The translations under genes were made by a program, and so were the position numbers. Shown one piece after another: positions 10,108 through 20,903 of a DNA stretch of 32,000 nucleotides (positions are counted from its first letter, which is position 1; each line of letters opens with the position of its first letter). This DNA comes from Prochlorococcus marinus subsp. pastoris str. CCMP1986 (lineage in GTDB: Bacteria; Cyanobacteriota; Cyanobacteriia; PCC-6307; Cyanobiaceae): assembly GCF_000011465.1 (NCBI RefSeq), contig NC_005072.1:1230001-1262000 (forward strand), written 5' to 3'. Below the pieces are notes generated by a model, which searched no databases, was not told where the DNA came from, and was given only the letters and a program-made list of their open reading frames with translations.

Positions 10108-11049
10108 TTAAATCCCACTAGGTAATTTTCTAGTTAAGTTTCTTAATTTTCTAAGAGCCTTAAGTTCCACTTGTCTTACTCTTTCTCTAGAGACTTCTAA
10201 TAACCTACCTATTTCTGCTAATGTATGTCTCTCATTTCCATCTAACCCAAATCTTAACTTGAGAACATGTTGTTCTTGTTCGCTTAAGTGACTTAACCAC
10301 TTTCCTAACTGCTCTTGATGCATCTTTTGCTCAACTTGGTCCAGGGGTTCTTCATTATTACTGTCTGCAATAAGGTCACCCAAGAAACTCCTACCATCAT
10401 CTCCATTTACAGGTGCGTCCAAACTACTTGTAGATAGAGCTTGTCTCAATACAGAATCCAGTTCTTCTACATCTATTTCCATTGCTTCCGCAATTTCAAT
10501 TCTACTTGGCATTGCTCCAAGTTTATGAGCTAATTCCCTACTTATTTTTCTTATAGTGGCAAGCCTCTCACTTAAATGAACTGGTAAACGAATAGTTCTG
10601 GATTGGCAGGCAATAGCTCTGGTCATACTTTGACGAATCCACCAAAAGGCATAAGTAGAAAACTTATATCCTCTTGTAGGGTCAAACTTTTCGACTGCTC
10701 TCTCTAAACCTAAAGAACCCTCTTGAACAAGATCTAAAAGTTCTAGTCCTTTACCTTGATATTTTTTCGCAACACTAACTACTAACCTTAAATTAGCTTT
10801 CATCATTCTCTCTTTTGCTCTTCTTCCAATCTTTATAGTTCTTTTATCTTGAGGAGTAAATTCTTTTGTTTTTTCATTTAGTTGACCGTCTTCGGTTAGA
10901 ACCATCATTTTTTGAACTTGGTTACCCAATTCAATTTCTTCAGCAGGTGTTAATAAAGGGACGCGACCTATATTTGAAAGATACCAACTTATAGGGTCAT
11001 TACCTCTTCTTTTTTGGGGTTCAGTTGATGTTGTTGCTGATGCAGCCAT
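10108..11049 (-). CDS. Group-2 (RpoD-like, type II) RNA polymerase sigma factor
   Basis: DPISWYLSNIGRVPLLTPAEEIELG, FDPTRGYKFSTYAFWWIRQSMTRAI, region 4 HTLAEIGRLLEVSRERVRQVELKALRKLRN. Its ending differs from that of principal SigA. Confidence 0.92.
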   Translation of the reverse strand: MAASATTSTEPQKRRGNDPISWYLSNIGRVPLLTPAEEIELGNQVQKMMVLTEDGQLNEKTKEFTPQDKRTIKIGRRAKERMMKANLRLVVSVAKKYQGKGLELLDLVQEGSLGLERAVEKFDPTRGYKFSTYAFWWIRQSMTRAIACQSRTIRLPVHLSERLATIRKISRELAHKLGAMPSRIEIAEAMEIDVEELDSVLRQALSTSSLDAPVNGDDGRSFLGDLIADSNNEEPLDQVEQKMHQEQLGKWLSHLSEQEQHVLKLRFGLDGNERHTLAEIGRLLEVSRERVRQVELKALRKLRNLTRKLPSGI

Positions 11050-11189
11050 TTTTTACCTAGATTGAGGTATTAAAACTTTCCTACACTTTTATTGAAATAC
11101 GCGATTACTTAATACCTGCTTCAGATTTCAGGTGCAAATTGTGTAGTTATGTGTTAGAAACTATAAAAAACTCTTTATAATTGTTTCTT

Positions 11190-12755
11190 TCATGACATTA
11201 GCCTCGTTTTTGTTTTTCTCATTAACTTTGATAATTGGGCTCCTATTAAAGAAGCATTTGATCCTTTTTTACACTTTGATGCAGCAAAAGAGTGTAAAAA
11301 AACGTATTTTGCTAAAGATTCAGTCTTTGTGTAATCTCTAGAAGACAACTCTATTGATGAACATCCACCAATAAATCCAGATAAAAGATCTCCTAAACCC
11401 GCTCTCGAAGTTTCAGCATCAGTTCCAAAAAGTTGCCATGCATTTTCGTTATTGGCAATAACACTATTTGCTCCCTTTAATAAAATACTTATATCAAATG
11501 CTTTTGCAGCTTTTTTAGCTAATTCAACTTTGTTAGTACAGTCAATCTCAGGGAATAACCTCATAAATTCTTTATTATGGGGAGTAATCCAAGTCTTAGA
11601 TTTTCTTTCTAAGAAAAATTTAGGTCCCAAATTTGATTTAGAAATTCTATTAAGTGCATCCGCATCAAGAATCAATAAACCTTTTAAATCTAATAAGTAC
11701 TGTGTTGATTTTTCCCAATCTTCCTCATTCAAGCCAATTCCTGGACCAATAACTATTGAATCATAAGCAGAAAAATCAACATTCTTTAAGGCATTGAATA
11801 AAATTGAATTTCCATTTTTGTCGCTACTGAGACTTCCTGTAACTACTACTTCTGGTTCAACTTGCCAAATAGAATTTGAAACTAAATTAGGGATAATTGC
11901 TGATACAAATCCTGCCCCACTTGAAATAGCACCTTTTATTGCTAGATATGCTGCCCCAGGATATTTTTCACTTCCCGCAATTACTAATGTTCTGCCTCTT
12001 TTATATTTACTTGAATTTTTTGGCAGTAAAGGAAGCTTAATTGTTCTTAAATCTTGATAAGAAATTTTTAAAATCTTACTTTCTAATTTACATAATTGAC
12101 TTCTACATATACCTATATCGATATGATGTAATTCGCCAACGTAAGGTAGTGCAGTATCTTGTAATAATCCAATCTTATTAAGACCGACAACTAAATTAAA
12201 ATCAGCTTTTACAGCATTTTTCAAGAAGGGTTTCCCAGAATTAGGACATAAACCCGTTGGAACATCTATGCTTACAACCTTACCAGACCTTTTTTCAAAT
12301 TTTTTATTAAATAATTCAATTAATTCCTCATCAACTTTTCTTTTTTGATTATTCCCAAAAATAGCATCAATCCATAAGTCTTTCCCTTCAGGATTGGGAG
12401 AATCTCCTAATATTTCTACTCCAAGAGATGTAAGATAATTTACATAATTAATCGTTATTGTTTTTTTTAAAGGAAATGGGCACCATAATTTAACTAGGTA
12501 TCCCTTTAAAAAAAGCTCTTTAGCGATTACTGCCCCATCCCCACCATTATGGCCAGGACCTAAAAAAACGATTACTCCCTTCTTTAAAAGAGATTTTCTT
12601 TTCAAAAGCCATTTAGATAGTTGAATTCCAACCTTTTCCATCAAAGCCTCTTGAGGCATTCCTTGAGAAAAAATTTCATTCTCTAAATCCAACATTTGCT
12701 TTGAATAAACAACTAGATGTTTAGAGTCAATTGTTGGCCATCCAATTTCTTTCAT
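11190..12755 (-). CDS. nnr: Bifunctional NAD(P)H-hydrate epimerase / ADP-dependent NAD(P)H-hydrate dehydratase
   Basis: N-terminal YjeF-N type VFLGPGHNGGDGAVIAKEL; C-terminal kinase-like WITPHNKEFMRLFP...NAWQLFGTDAETSRAGLGDLLSGFIGG. Confidence 0.92.
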   Translation of the reverse strand: MKEIGWPTIDSKHLVVYSKQMLDLENEIFSQGMPQEALMEKVGIQLSKWLLKRKSLLKKGVIVFLGPGHNGGDGAVIAKELFLKGYLVKLWCPFPLKKTITINYVNYLTSLGVEILGDSPNPEGKDLWIDAIFGNNQKRKVDEELIELFNKKFEKRSGKVVSIDVPTGLCPNSGKPFLKNAVKADFNLVVGLNKIGLLQDTALPYVGELHHIDIGICRSQLCKLESKILKISYQDLRTIKLPLLPKNSSKYKRGRTLVIAGSEKYPGAAYLAIKGAISSGAGFVSAIIPNLVSNSIWQVEPEVVVTGSLSSDKNGNSILFNALKNVDFSAYDSIVIGPGIGLNEEDWEKSTQYLLDLKGLLILDADALNRISKSNLGPKFFLERKSKTWITPHNKEFMRLFPEIDCTNKVELAKKAAKAFDISILLKGANSVIANNENAWQLFGTDAETSRAGLGDLLSGFIGGCSSIELSSRDYTKTESLAKYVFLHSFAASKCKKGSNASLIGAQLSKLMRKTKTRLMS

Positions 12756-12800
12756 AATTAGTTCAAAGCAATTAAAAACTGTTCAAAATTTTAAATTTCC

Positions 12801-13973
12801 ATGTTAAAGACTTTAAAGGATAAAAAATTAGAGAACTGTTCTTCTATAAATAATAAATCTAAAAAACAACAAAAAATAATTGTTGGTCTTTCAGGTGGAG
12901 TAGATAGTTCACTATCTGCAGCTCTTCTTATAGAAGATGGTTGGAAAGTTGAAGGCCTAACTCTTTGGTTAATGAAAGGAGAGGGCTCATGCTGTTCCGA
13001 AGGATTAGTTGACGCTGCAGGTCTATGTGAAGATTTAGGAATTAATCATAATATATTGGATTCAAGAGTAATTTTTGAAAGGGAAGTAGTTAAAAAGACT
13101 ACTGAGGGATATGAATCCGGTTTCACTCCACTTCCATGCTCGATGTGTAATAAAAATGTAAAATTTGAAGAAATGCTCAATTTTGTTATTAAACAAAAAG
13201 AGTTTACTTATATTGCTACTGGTCACTACGCGAGAGTTCAAAAAGTTTCTTGCGAGAACATCAAAAACTATGAAAATTTCCAATTCAAGGATTTCTTACT
13301 CCTAAGGGGGGCTGATAGAAATAAAGATCAGAGTTATTTTCTTTACAGTCTTTCCCAAGAGGTATTAAGCAGATTAATACTTCCCCTCGGAAATCTTAAA
13401 AAAGAAGAGACAAGAAAAGAGGCCTTAAGATTAGGACTTAGAACTGCAAAAAAACCAGAGAGTCAAGATCTATGTTTAGTTGAACATTATGGATCTATGC
13501 AAAAATTTATTGATAATCATATTGAACCTAAAGAGGGGGAAATTAAGCATATTAATGGAGAAATTCTTGGCACTCATAATGGTATTCAACATTTCACAAT
13601 TGGGCAAAGAAAAGGTTTGGGTATTGCTTGGCCAGAGCCTTTATATGTAGAAAGTTTAGATAAACAAAAAAATATAGTTTATGTCGCAAATAAAAAAGAT
13701 CTTTTTAAAAGAGAAGCCATAATAAAAGAAATTAACTGGGTTTCAATTGAAGCACCTTTAAAAGAAATAGAAGTAGAAGCGCAAATAAGATATCGGAGTG
13801 AACCCGTAAAAGGAATTTTAGTTCCTGTAAAAAATGAAGACAACTTAACCAAAAAGTTTAAATTAATTTTCGAAGATAACCAAAGCTCTATCACTCCTGG
13901 GCAAGCAGCAGTTTTTTATAAAGATGAAATTCTATTAGGAGGCGGATTAATTTGTGAATTTTCCAAAATATAA
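12801..13973 (+). CDS. mnmA: tRNA-specific 2-thiouridylase MnmA (TrmU)
   Basis: [64 protein letters not shown]. Confidence 0.96.
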
Positions 13974-15437
13974 ATTTAATCCTATTAAAAACAAACATAA
14001 TAAGAACAAGGGGCGTTCCCCATATGTTGTATAGAAAGTTTTTTCAATAGAAAAATTAGGATTTACAACATCATTTTGCTCAGTATTAGGATCAAAGAGT
14101 TTAATTATTTTTCCTTCTTCACTTATTAATCCTGAAGGACCAGTATTTGAAATAATTATATTATCTTTTTTATTTTCTATACTTCTTACTCTGGCCAAAG
14201 ATAGAAATTGATAATGAAGCTTCCTTGGATAGGGATCTAAGTTAGCTGCTGAAATTATTAGTTCTGCCCCACTTTTTACAGCATTTCTTATTTTAAATCC
14301 ATCAGTAATTTCATAACAAATTGCTATTGCAAGTGGCTGAGTAAATTTCCATTTAAAAAACCTTGAATCTGATCCTGGCTGAATACCTCCTACTGCCGAT
14401 AGTCCTCTTGAGAATATATTTAAGAATCCTGGAATTTTCTCCCCCAAGGGTACCAGTCTATGTTTATCAATGAAAGATGAATAAGTTTTATCCCCAATTT
14501 GATATCCAAGCAAAGAACTTCTTAGGCCATTTTTAGAGTTTCTAAAACCTCCTGCCAACATCCTTATTTTGCTTTTGAAATTTAAATTGAAATTATTATT
14601 TAAAGTCCCCTCGGGTGTAATAAGTAGTTTTGCATCATTTGATAGAGCAATTTTTTGAGCAGAAATCAACTTATCATTTATAAATTGATTTTTAAAATTC
14701 GTTTTTTCTCTTGTGGGCATATTAGTTTGCCATAGAGCTACTGGATAGTCATTATTTCTTTCAATTGGGTTCGTTAAACCTCCAAGGAAATGTAAAATGA
14801 CGAGAATCAAAAGCCCAAATAAGAATGTTTTTTTAAAATGATATTTTCTTTTCCATTTCTCATAAATTAGGTATATCCAAAAACCTATAGTTAACTGCAC
14901 TACACATAAACCACTCGCACCAATCCATCTTGCTAAACCTGCAAGATACAAATCTCCGGGAACTATTCCTTCCCCCAAACCAATCCAAAAAAGAGGCGTT
15001 TGGGAAAGAATGAATTCACCTATACCCCAGGCAAAAGATAACAATAAAACTTTTATAGTTAATCTTAAAGAGTTCATATTAGAAATTTCTTTTTTTTGGA
15101 GAATTTTTTTAACTAAAAGACCCCATAAATAAACCAATATTCCTCCTATTATTGAGCAACCAAACAAGATTGAAATAGAAATAATTAAACTTGATATCCA
15201 CGAAAAACCTAACCAGGTCAATGGGTGAAGTTCATAAAGCCAAGAATGACTTACTAAAATAAAGAAAAACCCCCAAAGAAAGTTTGCTAATTTTTTATCA
15301 CTTCTACTCCATAAAATAAATAAGGATAATGGCATAAAAAGCAGCCAAAAATGCGTAGATGTGGCAATTCCTCCAAAAATGCCACCTAAGCATGGAACAA
15401 AATACTTATTAAACTTTTTATTTTGAGTATTAATCAA
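13947..15437 (-). CDS. lnt: Apolipoprotein N-acyltransferase
   Basis: Multi-TM N-terminus then nitrilase domain with the catalytic triad context [30 protein letters not shown]. Confidence 0.92.
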
Positions 15438-15525
15438 TAATATAAAATTTCTAAATTAATTCTTTTTAAAAGATATATTATTGTACCTTCTTCTGTAGAA
15501 TTGAAATAGTGACTTTTAAAATTAA

Positions 15526-16098
15526 GTGAAAGAAGTTTTAATTAGTTTTACGATTTTTGTATTTTGCCTTTCATTAACTCTGTTTAGTCAATTTAACTCC
15601 CCTCAAGTTGTTAATGCAGCTGAATCAAAAACTGAATTCGTAAATAAAACACCTATTGCAAAATCATCTAATGTTTCAAATACCAATATATTTGAATTAG
15701 ATCCATCAGATCCAAACCCAATACTTTTCGCTATGGCAGAAGAAACACAAGAAGAAAGCAATTCTAGAACTACAGATAGTGGTTTAATTATTGTAGATAT
15801 AATTAATGGAGAAGGAGATGAAGCAAATTCTGGGCAAACAGTTTCTGTAAACTATACAGGAACACTAGAAGACGGAACCCAATTTGATACCAGTATTGGC
15901 AGAGGGCCATTCAGTTTCCCATTAGGTGCAGGGAGAGTAATCAAGGGTTGGGATGAAGGAGTAGCCGGAATGAAAGTTGGTGGAAAAAGAAAATTAACAA
16001 TTCCTCCTGAGCTAGGATACGGATCAAGAGGAGCAGGAAATGTAATTCCTGCAAATGCAACTTTAATTTTTGAAGTTGAATTATTGAAAGTCAATTAA
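15526..16098 (+). CDS. FKBP-type peptidyl-prolyl cis-trans isomerase with signal peptide
   Basis: [64 protein letters not shown]; GTG start, hydrophobic N-terminus. Confidence 0.95.
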   Translation: MKEVLISFTIFVFCLSLTLFSQFNSPQVVNAAESKTEFVNKTPIAKSSNVSNTNIFELDPSDPNPILFAMAEETQEESNSRTTDSGLIIVDIINGEGDEANSGQTVSVNYTGTLEDGTQFDTSIGRGPFSFPLGAGRVIKGWDEGVAGMKVGGKRKLTIPPELGYGSRGAGNVIPANATLIFEVELLKVN

Positions 16099-16172
16099 AG
16101 TAAGAAATAACAACTAAAACTTTTCAATTTAGTTAATCTACAAGTAAGATATATTCAAATATAAAAAAACGA

Positions 16173-16643
16173 ATGTTAACTAAATTAGTCAATTCTCTTT
16201 TAAATAAAAAATCTACATTGGAAGTTCATGCTCACTGTGATGGTCCTTGTGGTGTTTACGACCCTGCCTCTACAAGAGTCGCTGCTGAAGCAGTATTAGC
16301 AATGACAAAGAAGCTAATTGCGCTTAATCCTCCTTCAAGTACAGACTCAGCAGATTGGGCTGCTTACAGTAATACGTTTTCTAGATTTGTAGCAGTTAAA
16401 GAAGAACAGGCTAAAGAAACTAAGAAAGAAATTCTAATCTTATGGACAGATTACTTTAAACCCGTTCACTTAGAAACTTATCCAGATTTACATGAAACAA
16501 TCTGGAAAGCAGCGAAATTATGTAGTGCTTGTAAAGTGAATATTGATCTTGCTCAAGCCGAAGAATTAATGAGTTATGTAGAAAAGATACATAACATCTT
16601 CTGGGAATCAAAAGGCAGAAGTGATGCTTTTGTAAAAAGCTAG
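16173..16643 (+). CDS. sodN: Nickel-containing superoxide dismutase (with propeptide)
   Basis: Nickel hook HCDGPCGVYDP after a 20-aa propeptide MLTKLVNSLLNKKSTLEVHA. Confidence 0.98.
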   Translation: MLTKLVNSLLNKKSTLEVHAHCDGPCGVYDPASTRVAAEAVLAMTKKLIALNPPSSTDSADWAAYSNTFSRFVAVKEEQAKETKKEILILWTDYFKPVHLETYPDLHETIWKAAKLCSACKVNIDLAQAEELMSYVEKIHNIFWESKGRSDAFVKS

Positions 16644-16678
16644 CTAGTTCAATTATTTTTAAAAGTTTTTACGATTTA

Positions 16679-16996
16679 ATTGCCTTTTTTTTTGGGCTAA
16701 GAAAAATAGCAACCGTCAAAGGTCAATCCATGTTGCCTACTTTAAAAGAAGGTGACATGGTTTTTTTTAAAAAATATATAAAAAAAAAATCACTTTTGAA
16801 AGCTGGTCAAATAGTAATTATCTATCATCCTCTTAAAAATATTAGGTTAATTAAAAGAGTAAAAATTGTAGGTAAAAATAGTATAGAAGTTTTAGGGGAT
16901 AATATTGAATACAGCAATGATAGCAATAAATTTGGATTAATTAATAATGAAAAAGTAATTGGAATAGTTACTTCAAAAATTAAAAAAATATTCTAG
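16679..16996 (+). CDS. sodX: Ni-SOD maturation protease SodX-like (S26 signal-peptidase family); start uncertain
   Basis: Frame reads IAFFFGLRKIATVKGQSMLPTLKEGDMVFF...NIRLIKRVKIVG, with the S26 Ser motif GQSM and Lys region RLIKRV. The track start at 16730 excludes the catalytic Ser; 16679 (ATT) is my best guess for the true start. Confidence 0.8.
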   Translation: MAFFFGLRKIATVKGQSMLPTLKEGDMVFFKKYIKKKSLLKAGQIVIIYHPLKNIRLIKRVKIVGKNSIEVLGDNIEYSNDSNKFGLINNEKVIGIVTSKIKKIF

Positions 16997-17673
16997 GTCA
17001 AAAATAGAGAAGTACTTTTTTGGACCCAAAACAAACCCATAGAAAAAGATAATCCACCCGCAAAAGCTATTAACCTTCTAATAAATTTTTGACCTGCATT
17101 TAAAGTTGTTACAGAGATTAGGCAAGTAAACAAAACCATACTTGCTAAAGAACCACTCAAATATGAAATTAAATAAGCAAATGCATTAGGAAGAGGTAAA
17201 GCTAATGCTGGAAGAACTGCGAGAAAATGTGAGCCACCTGCTAAACCATGAAGTAATCCTAGTCCTGTCAATGCATGAGAATGCTTATTATGTTTTTTTT
17301 GATCTTCACTATGAAAATGCAAATGATGATGAGCTACACCATTATGTTGATGAGAGTGAGAGTGAAGGTTTAGATGTAAAGAATTTCTTATCGCAAAGAA
17401 TCCAACAATAAGAAGAGAAATTCCAACTAAAAATTCAGCGAAAATAGAAAATTTACTTAAAGGGGTAATATCTTTTATAAAAATTGCTAGAAAGGCTAAA
17501 AATATTATTCCTGAAGAGTGCCCCAAGCCCCATGAGATACTATTTCTCGCTGCAATTTTTGGACTCGTAATCGATGATGGGGCCATTGCAATCAGATGAT
17601 CAGCGCCACTTACCACATGAATAAATCCAGCAAGAATTCCAGTTAATATTACAACCTGCATTGATAAATACAA
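16993..17673 (-). CDS. NicO/HupE-like nickel transporter with His-rich loop
   Basis: Polytopic protein with SGADHLIAMAP, GLGHSSG, LHGLAGGSHF and a His-rich loop HSHSHQHNGVAHHHLHFHSEDQKKHNKHSH, next to sodN/sodX. Confidence 0.82.
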   Translation of the reverse strand: MYLSMQVVILTGILAGFIHVVSGADHLIAMAPSSITSPKIAARNSISWGLGHSSGIIFLAFLAIFIKDITPLSKFSIFAEFLVGISLLIVGFFAIRNSLHLNLHSHSHQHNGVAHHHLHFHSEDQKKHNKHSHALTGLGLLHGLAGGSHFLAVLPALALPLPNAFAYLISYLSGSLASMVLFTCLISVTTLNAGQKFIRRLIAFAGGLSFSMGLFWVQKSTSLFLT

Positions 17674-17715
17674 CTTAACAATACTCAGTTTTATAGCATA
17701 AATATCCAGCTTTAA

Positions 17716-18609
17716 TTAAATTGAGTTAAATAATTTCTTAAAAGAGTTTTCAATATCACTTTCCCTCATAAACCGTTCGCCAATTAAAACCCCCTTTATT
17801 CCAATCGAATTGAGAGTTTTTAAATCATCAGAGTTATTTATTCCAGATTCACTAATAGGAACAATATTATGTTTTGAAAATATATCCGAATATTTACTCA
17901 TTATTCTTATTGATGTTTTTAGATCAGTTTTAAAAGTCTTCAAGTTTCTATTATTTATTCCTATTAAATTAAATGATTTCAAACTCAATATTCTTTCAAG
18001 TTCTTGACCATCATGAACTTCAACTAAAACACTCATCTTTAAATTATCTGCAATTTTCTTCAAATAAAATAAATCATCATCGCTTAAGATCGCAGCAATT
18101 AATAATATTGCATCAGCACCAGATACTCTCGCTTTATATATTTGATAAGCAGAAATAATAAAATCTTTGCAGAGCAAAGGCAGATTAGTTGCTGTTCTGA
18201 CATCTTGAAGTATTTCATAACTTCCTTGAAAAAACCTTTTATCAGTCAATACCGAGATACATGAGGCACCAGACTTTTCATAACAAGAAGCAATTTCTTT
18301 TGGTTTAAAATCTTCTCTAATAACACCTTTACTAGGGCTAGCTTTTTTAATCTCAGCAATCACTCCCGGTTTAATTTTGGAATGCAAAATACTTTGAAAA
18401 AAATCTTTTGGTGGAGAAAGTTTATCAAGTTTTTTTATTAAATCTTCAAGGGAGACTATTTTCTTAAAATTTTTGATTTCAGTATCTTTGTACCAAACAA
18501 TTTCCTCAAGAATATTTTTTGCTTTTGCCTCTCTATGAGGAACAGCATATTCTAAATTTTCTACCCTGACTGTTGGATTTGGTGGCCTACGTCGTATTTC
18601 CATAAACAA
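17716..18609 (-). CDS. trpC: Indole-3-glycerol phosphate synthase
   Basis: [78 protein letters not shown]. Confidence 0.96.
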   Translation of the reverse strand: MFMEIRRRPPNPTVRVENLEYAVPHREAKAKNILEEIVWYKDTEIKNFKKIVSLEDLIKKLDKLSPPKDFFQSILHSKIKPGVIAEIKKASPSKGVIREDFKPKEIASCYEKSGASCISVLTDKRFFQGSYEILQDVRTATNLPLLCKDFIISAYQIYKARVSGADAILLIAAILSDDDLFYLKKIADNLKMSVLVEVHDGQELERILSLKSFNLIGINNRNLKTFKTDLKTSIRIMSKYSDIFSKHNIVPISESGINNSDDLKTLNSIGIKGVLIGERFMRESDIENSFKKLFNSI

Positions 18610-18615
18610 ATCAAT

Positions 18616-20055
18616 TTATTTAACTTGAGAAGCTGCCTGTTTATAAGCGACCTCAACTACTTCACTAAGGGTAGGGTGAGTATGTACTTCAGTAGATAGT
18701 TGCATTACATCTTGGTTTCTAGAGATTGCATTTGCAATTTCTTGAATCAAATCAGCTGCATGCATCCCAAAGATATGGGCACCTAATACTTTTCCACTGT
18801 CTTTATTGAAAAGTAACTTAAGAATTCCATCGCTTTCTAATTCTGCTAATGCCTTGGAATTAGCTTTAAAATAGCTCTTCACAACTCCTAAAGTAAAACC
18901 CTCTTTGCTAGCTATTTCTTTAGCATCAGTTTCAGATAAGCCAACTGAACTTATCTCAGGATGAGTAAATGTTGCAGCTGGAATACTCCCATAATTGATT
19001 TCGATATTCTCACCACATATATTTTCAACAGCAATTGTTCCTTGAGCTGCTGCTGTATGGGCAAGCATAAGTTTGCCAGTAACGTCACCAACGGCCCAAA
19101 CATTAGGTATTATTTTTTCACCATTTAAAACTCTCATTTGATCATCAATAGGAATGTAACCTTTTATAGTTTCTATACCAACTGAATCAAGATTAAGATT
19201 TTTACTATTAGGACTCCTCCCAGTAGCCACAAGAACGCCATCAACTTCTAAGTTTTCTACAATTTCTTTTGATTTTGCATCCGTTAGCTCTATCTTTACA
19301 GGGCATCCAGGGGTAATTTTAGTCGCAAACACATTAGATTTTGTATCAATATCTCTTGATTGAATAAGATTTTTCTTGGCTATTTTTGTAATATCCGGAT
19401 CAAAGGTGGGCATTATATTTTCCAAAGCCTCAATGATGGTCACTTCGCAACCTAGAGCGGTATATACATCAGCGAATTCTAAACCTATATATCCACTTCC
19501 AATAATGGCTATCCATCTCGGGAGCCACTCAAGTTTTACTGCTTCATCACTTGTGAAAACTGTTCTATTGTCTAAAGTTATTCCAGGAGGCACAAAGGGA
19601 GAAGAACCTGTCGCAAGAACTATATTTTTACATGTAAAGATCCTATCAATTCCATTGTTGTCTCTTACTCCTACTTTCTGATTACCTTCAAGTCTTCCAA
19701 ATCCTAAAATAATTTCAACTCCACTTCTTTTGAGGGTTTTTGTTAAATTTTCTCTAACGTTTGATACTAAATTATTGGCGTGATCAGCAATTTTTGATCT
19801 TTCGAATCTAACAGGGGAAGCATGAATACCAAACTTTGCTAGATGTTCGTAATTGGCTATTTCTCTAACTTTTCCACTTGCTGCTAAAAGAGCTTTTGAA
19901 GGTACGCATCCTTTATTTACGCAAGTACCTCCCATATCTCCAGACTCTATGATGGCAACTTTAAGACCTTTTTCTGCAGCATGTTTGGCGGCATCAAATC
20001 CTCCATATCCTGCACCAATTACTATCAAATCAAAGTCAAAATTTGTATCAGTCAC
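18616..20055 (-). CDS. lpdA: Dihydrolipoamide dehydrogenase
   Basis: DLIVIGAGYGGFDAAKHAAEKG, GGTCVNKGCVPSKALL, VWAVGDVTG, C-terminal HTHPTLSEV. Confidence 0.95.
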   Translation of the reverse strand: MTDTNFDFDLIVIGAGYGGFDAAKHAAEKGLKVAIIESGDMGGTCVNKGCVPSKALLAASGKVREIANYEHLAKFGIHASPVRFERSKIADHANNLVSNVRENLTKTLKRSGVEIILGFGRLEGNQKVGVRDNNGIDRIFTCKNIVLATGSSPFVPPGITLDNRTVFTSDEAVKLEWLPRWIAIIGSGYIGLEFADVYTALGCEVTIIEALENIMPTFDPDITKIAKKNLIQSRDIDTKSNVFATKITPGCPVKIELTDAKSKEIVENLEVDGVLVATGRSPNSKNLNLDSVGIETIKGYIPIDDQMRVLNGEKIIPNVWAVGDVTGKLMLAHTAAAQGTIAVENICGENIEINYGSIPAATFTHPEISSVGLSETDAKEIASKEGFTLGVVKSYFKANSKALAELESDGILKLLFNKDSGKVLGAHIFGMHAADLIQEIANAISRNQDVMQLSTEVHTHPTLSEVVEVAYKQAASQVK

Positions 20056-20903
20056 TTTTGTATTCTTGAAGTAGAAGTATATGTGACTCTTTTTCGTTCA
20101 AGTAATAATGGAACTGCAACACAAGCCACATTCAATGATTCTACAAGCTCACTATGCGGAATAGTAATTGTTTCATTAAAAGCTTCTTGAATTCTTTTAT
20201 GAATACCATTTCCTTCATTGCCCAATATAAGAGCGGTTGGTTTAGACCAATCAATTTCCCAATATGGTTTTTGAGATTTATAAAGATTTTTATTATGGCT
20301 ACTTGTAGAAATTATTTGAAACCCGTTTTTTGAAAATTGATCTAATGATGACAATAAAGAATTAATTATTTCTTCTTCACCTCCATCAAATCTTTTAAAT
20401 GGGAGATGAAAAACAGATCCACTAGATGCTCGTAATACCTTTTGACCTAAGGGGTGCGCTCCCCCTGCTAATAATATCTTACTAACACCAGCAGCTAAAG
20501 CTGTTCTAAAAAGGTTCCCCATATTCCCGGGGTCTTGAATCCTATCAAGGACAAGAATAAAGTCATCTTCAATATTATTAAAGTCAAAATTAGGTATTGA
20601 TGAAATCTCTACCAAGGCGGCTACTCCATCAGGATTTTTTGTAGATACTGCTGAAGCTAAAACTTCCTCTGATACGACATTTATTAATGATTGATCAATC
20701 TTTTGATAAAGATCCTCATTTTTATCAAGCCATTTTTCAGTAGTTAAAATTTTTGAAGGATGATTGCCAGACTTCAGCATTTCTTCAATCAAATGAGTAC
20801 CTTCAATGCAAAAATAATCTTTATCTTTTGTATTAGATCCTTTTTTAAATGATCTAAATATTTTAACTAAAGCATTACTTTTACTAGTTATTTTTGGAAA
20901 AAA
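20052..20903 (-). CDS. SpoU/TrmH-family RNA 2'-O-methyltransferase; start uncertain
   Basis: LVLDRIQDPGNMGNLFRTALAAG, ALILGNEGNGI, SLNVACVAVPLLLER. The track starts at TTG 20792, but the frame stays open upstream and reads IFPKITSKSNALVKIFRSFKKGSNTKDKDYFCIEGTHLIEE, a typical family N-terminus. Confidence 0.85.
   Translation of the reverse strand, partial: FFPKITSKSNALVKIFRSFKKGSNTKDKDYFCIEGTHLIEEMLKSGNHPSKILTTEKWLDKNEDLYQKIDQSLINVVSEEVLASAVSTKNPDGVAALVEISSIPNFDFNNIEDDFILVLDRIQDPGNMGNLFRTALAAGVSKILLAGGAHPLGQKVLRASSGSVFHLPFKRFDGGEEEIINSLLSSLDQFSKNGFQIISTSSHNKNLYKSQKPYWEIDWSKPTALILGNEGNGIHKRIQEAFNETITIPHSELVESLNVACVAVPLLLERKRVTYTSTSRIQK

Noticed and set aside
11452-12057. Plus-strand ORFs (104 and 87 aa) opposite nnr
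   Set aside because: Antisense to a well-supported bifunctional enzyme, no recognisable motifs.
17205-17411. 68-aa plus-strand ORF MLEELRENVSHLLNHEVILVLSMHENAYY...
   Set aside because: Antisense reading of the His-rich loop in the nickel transporter.
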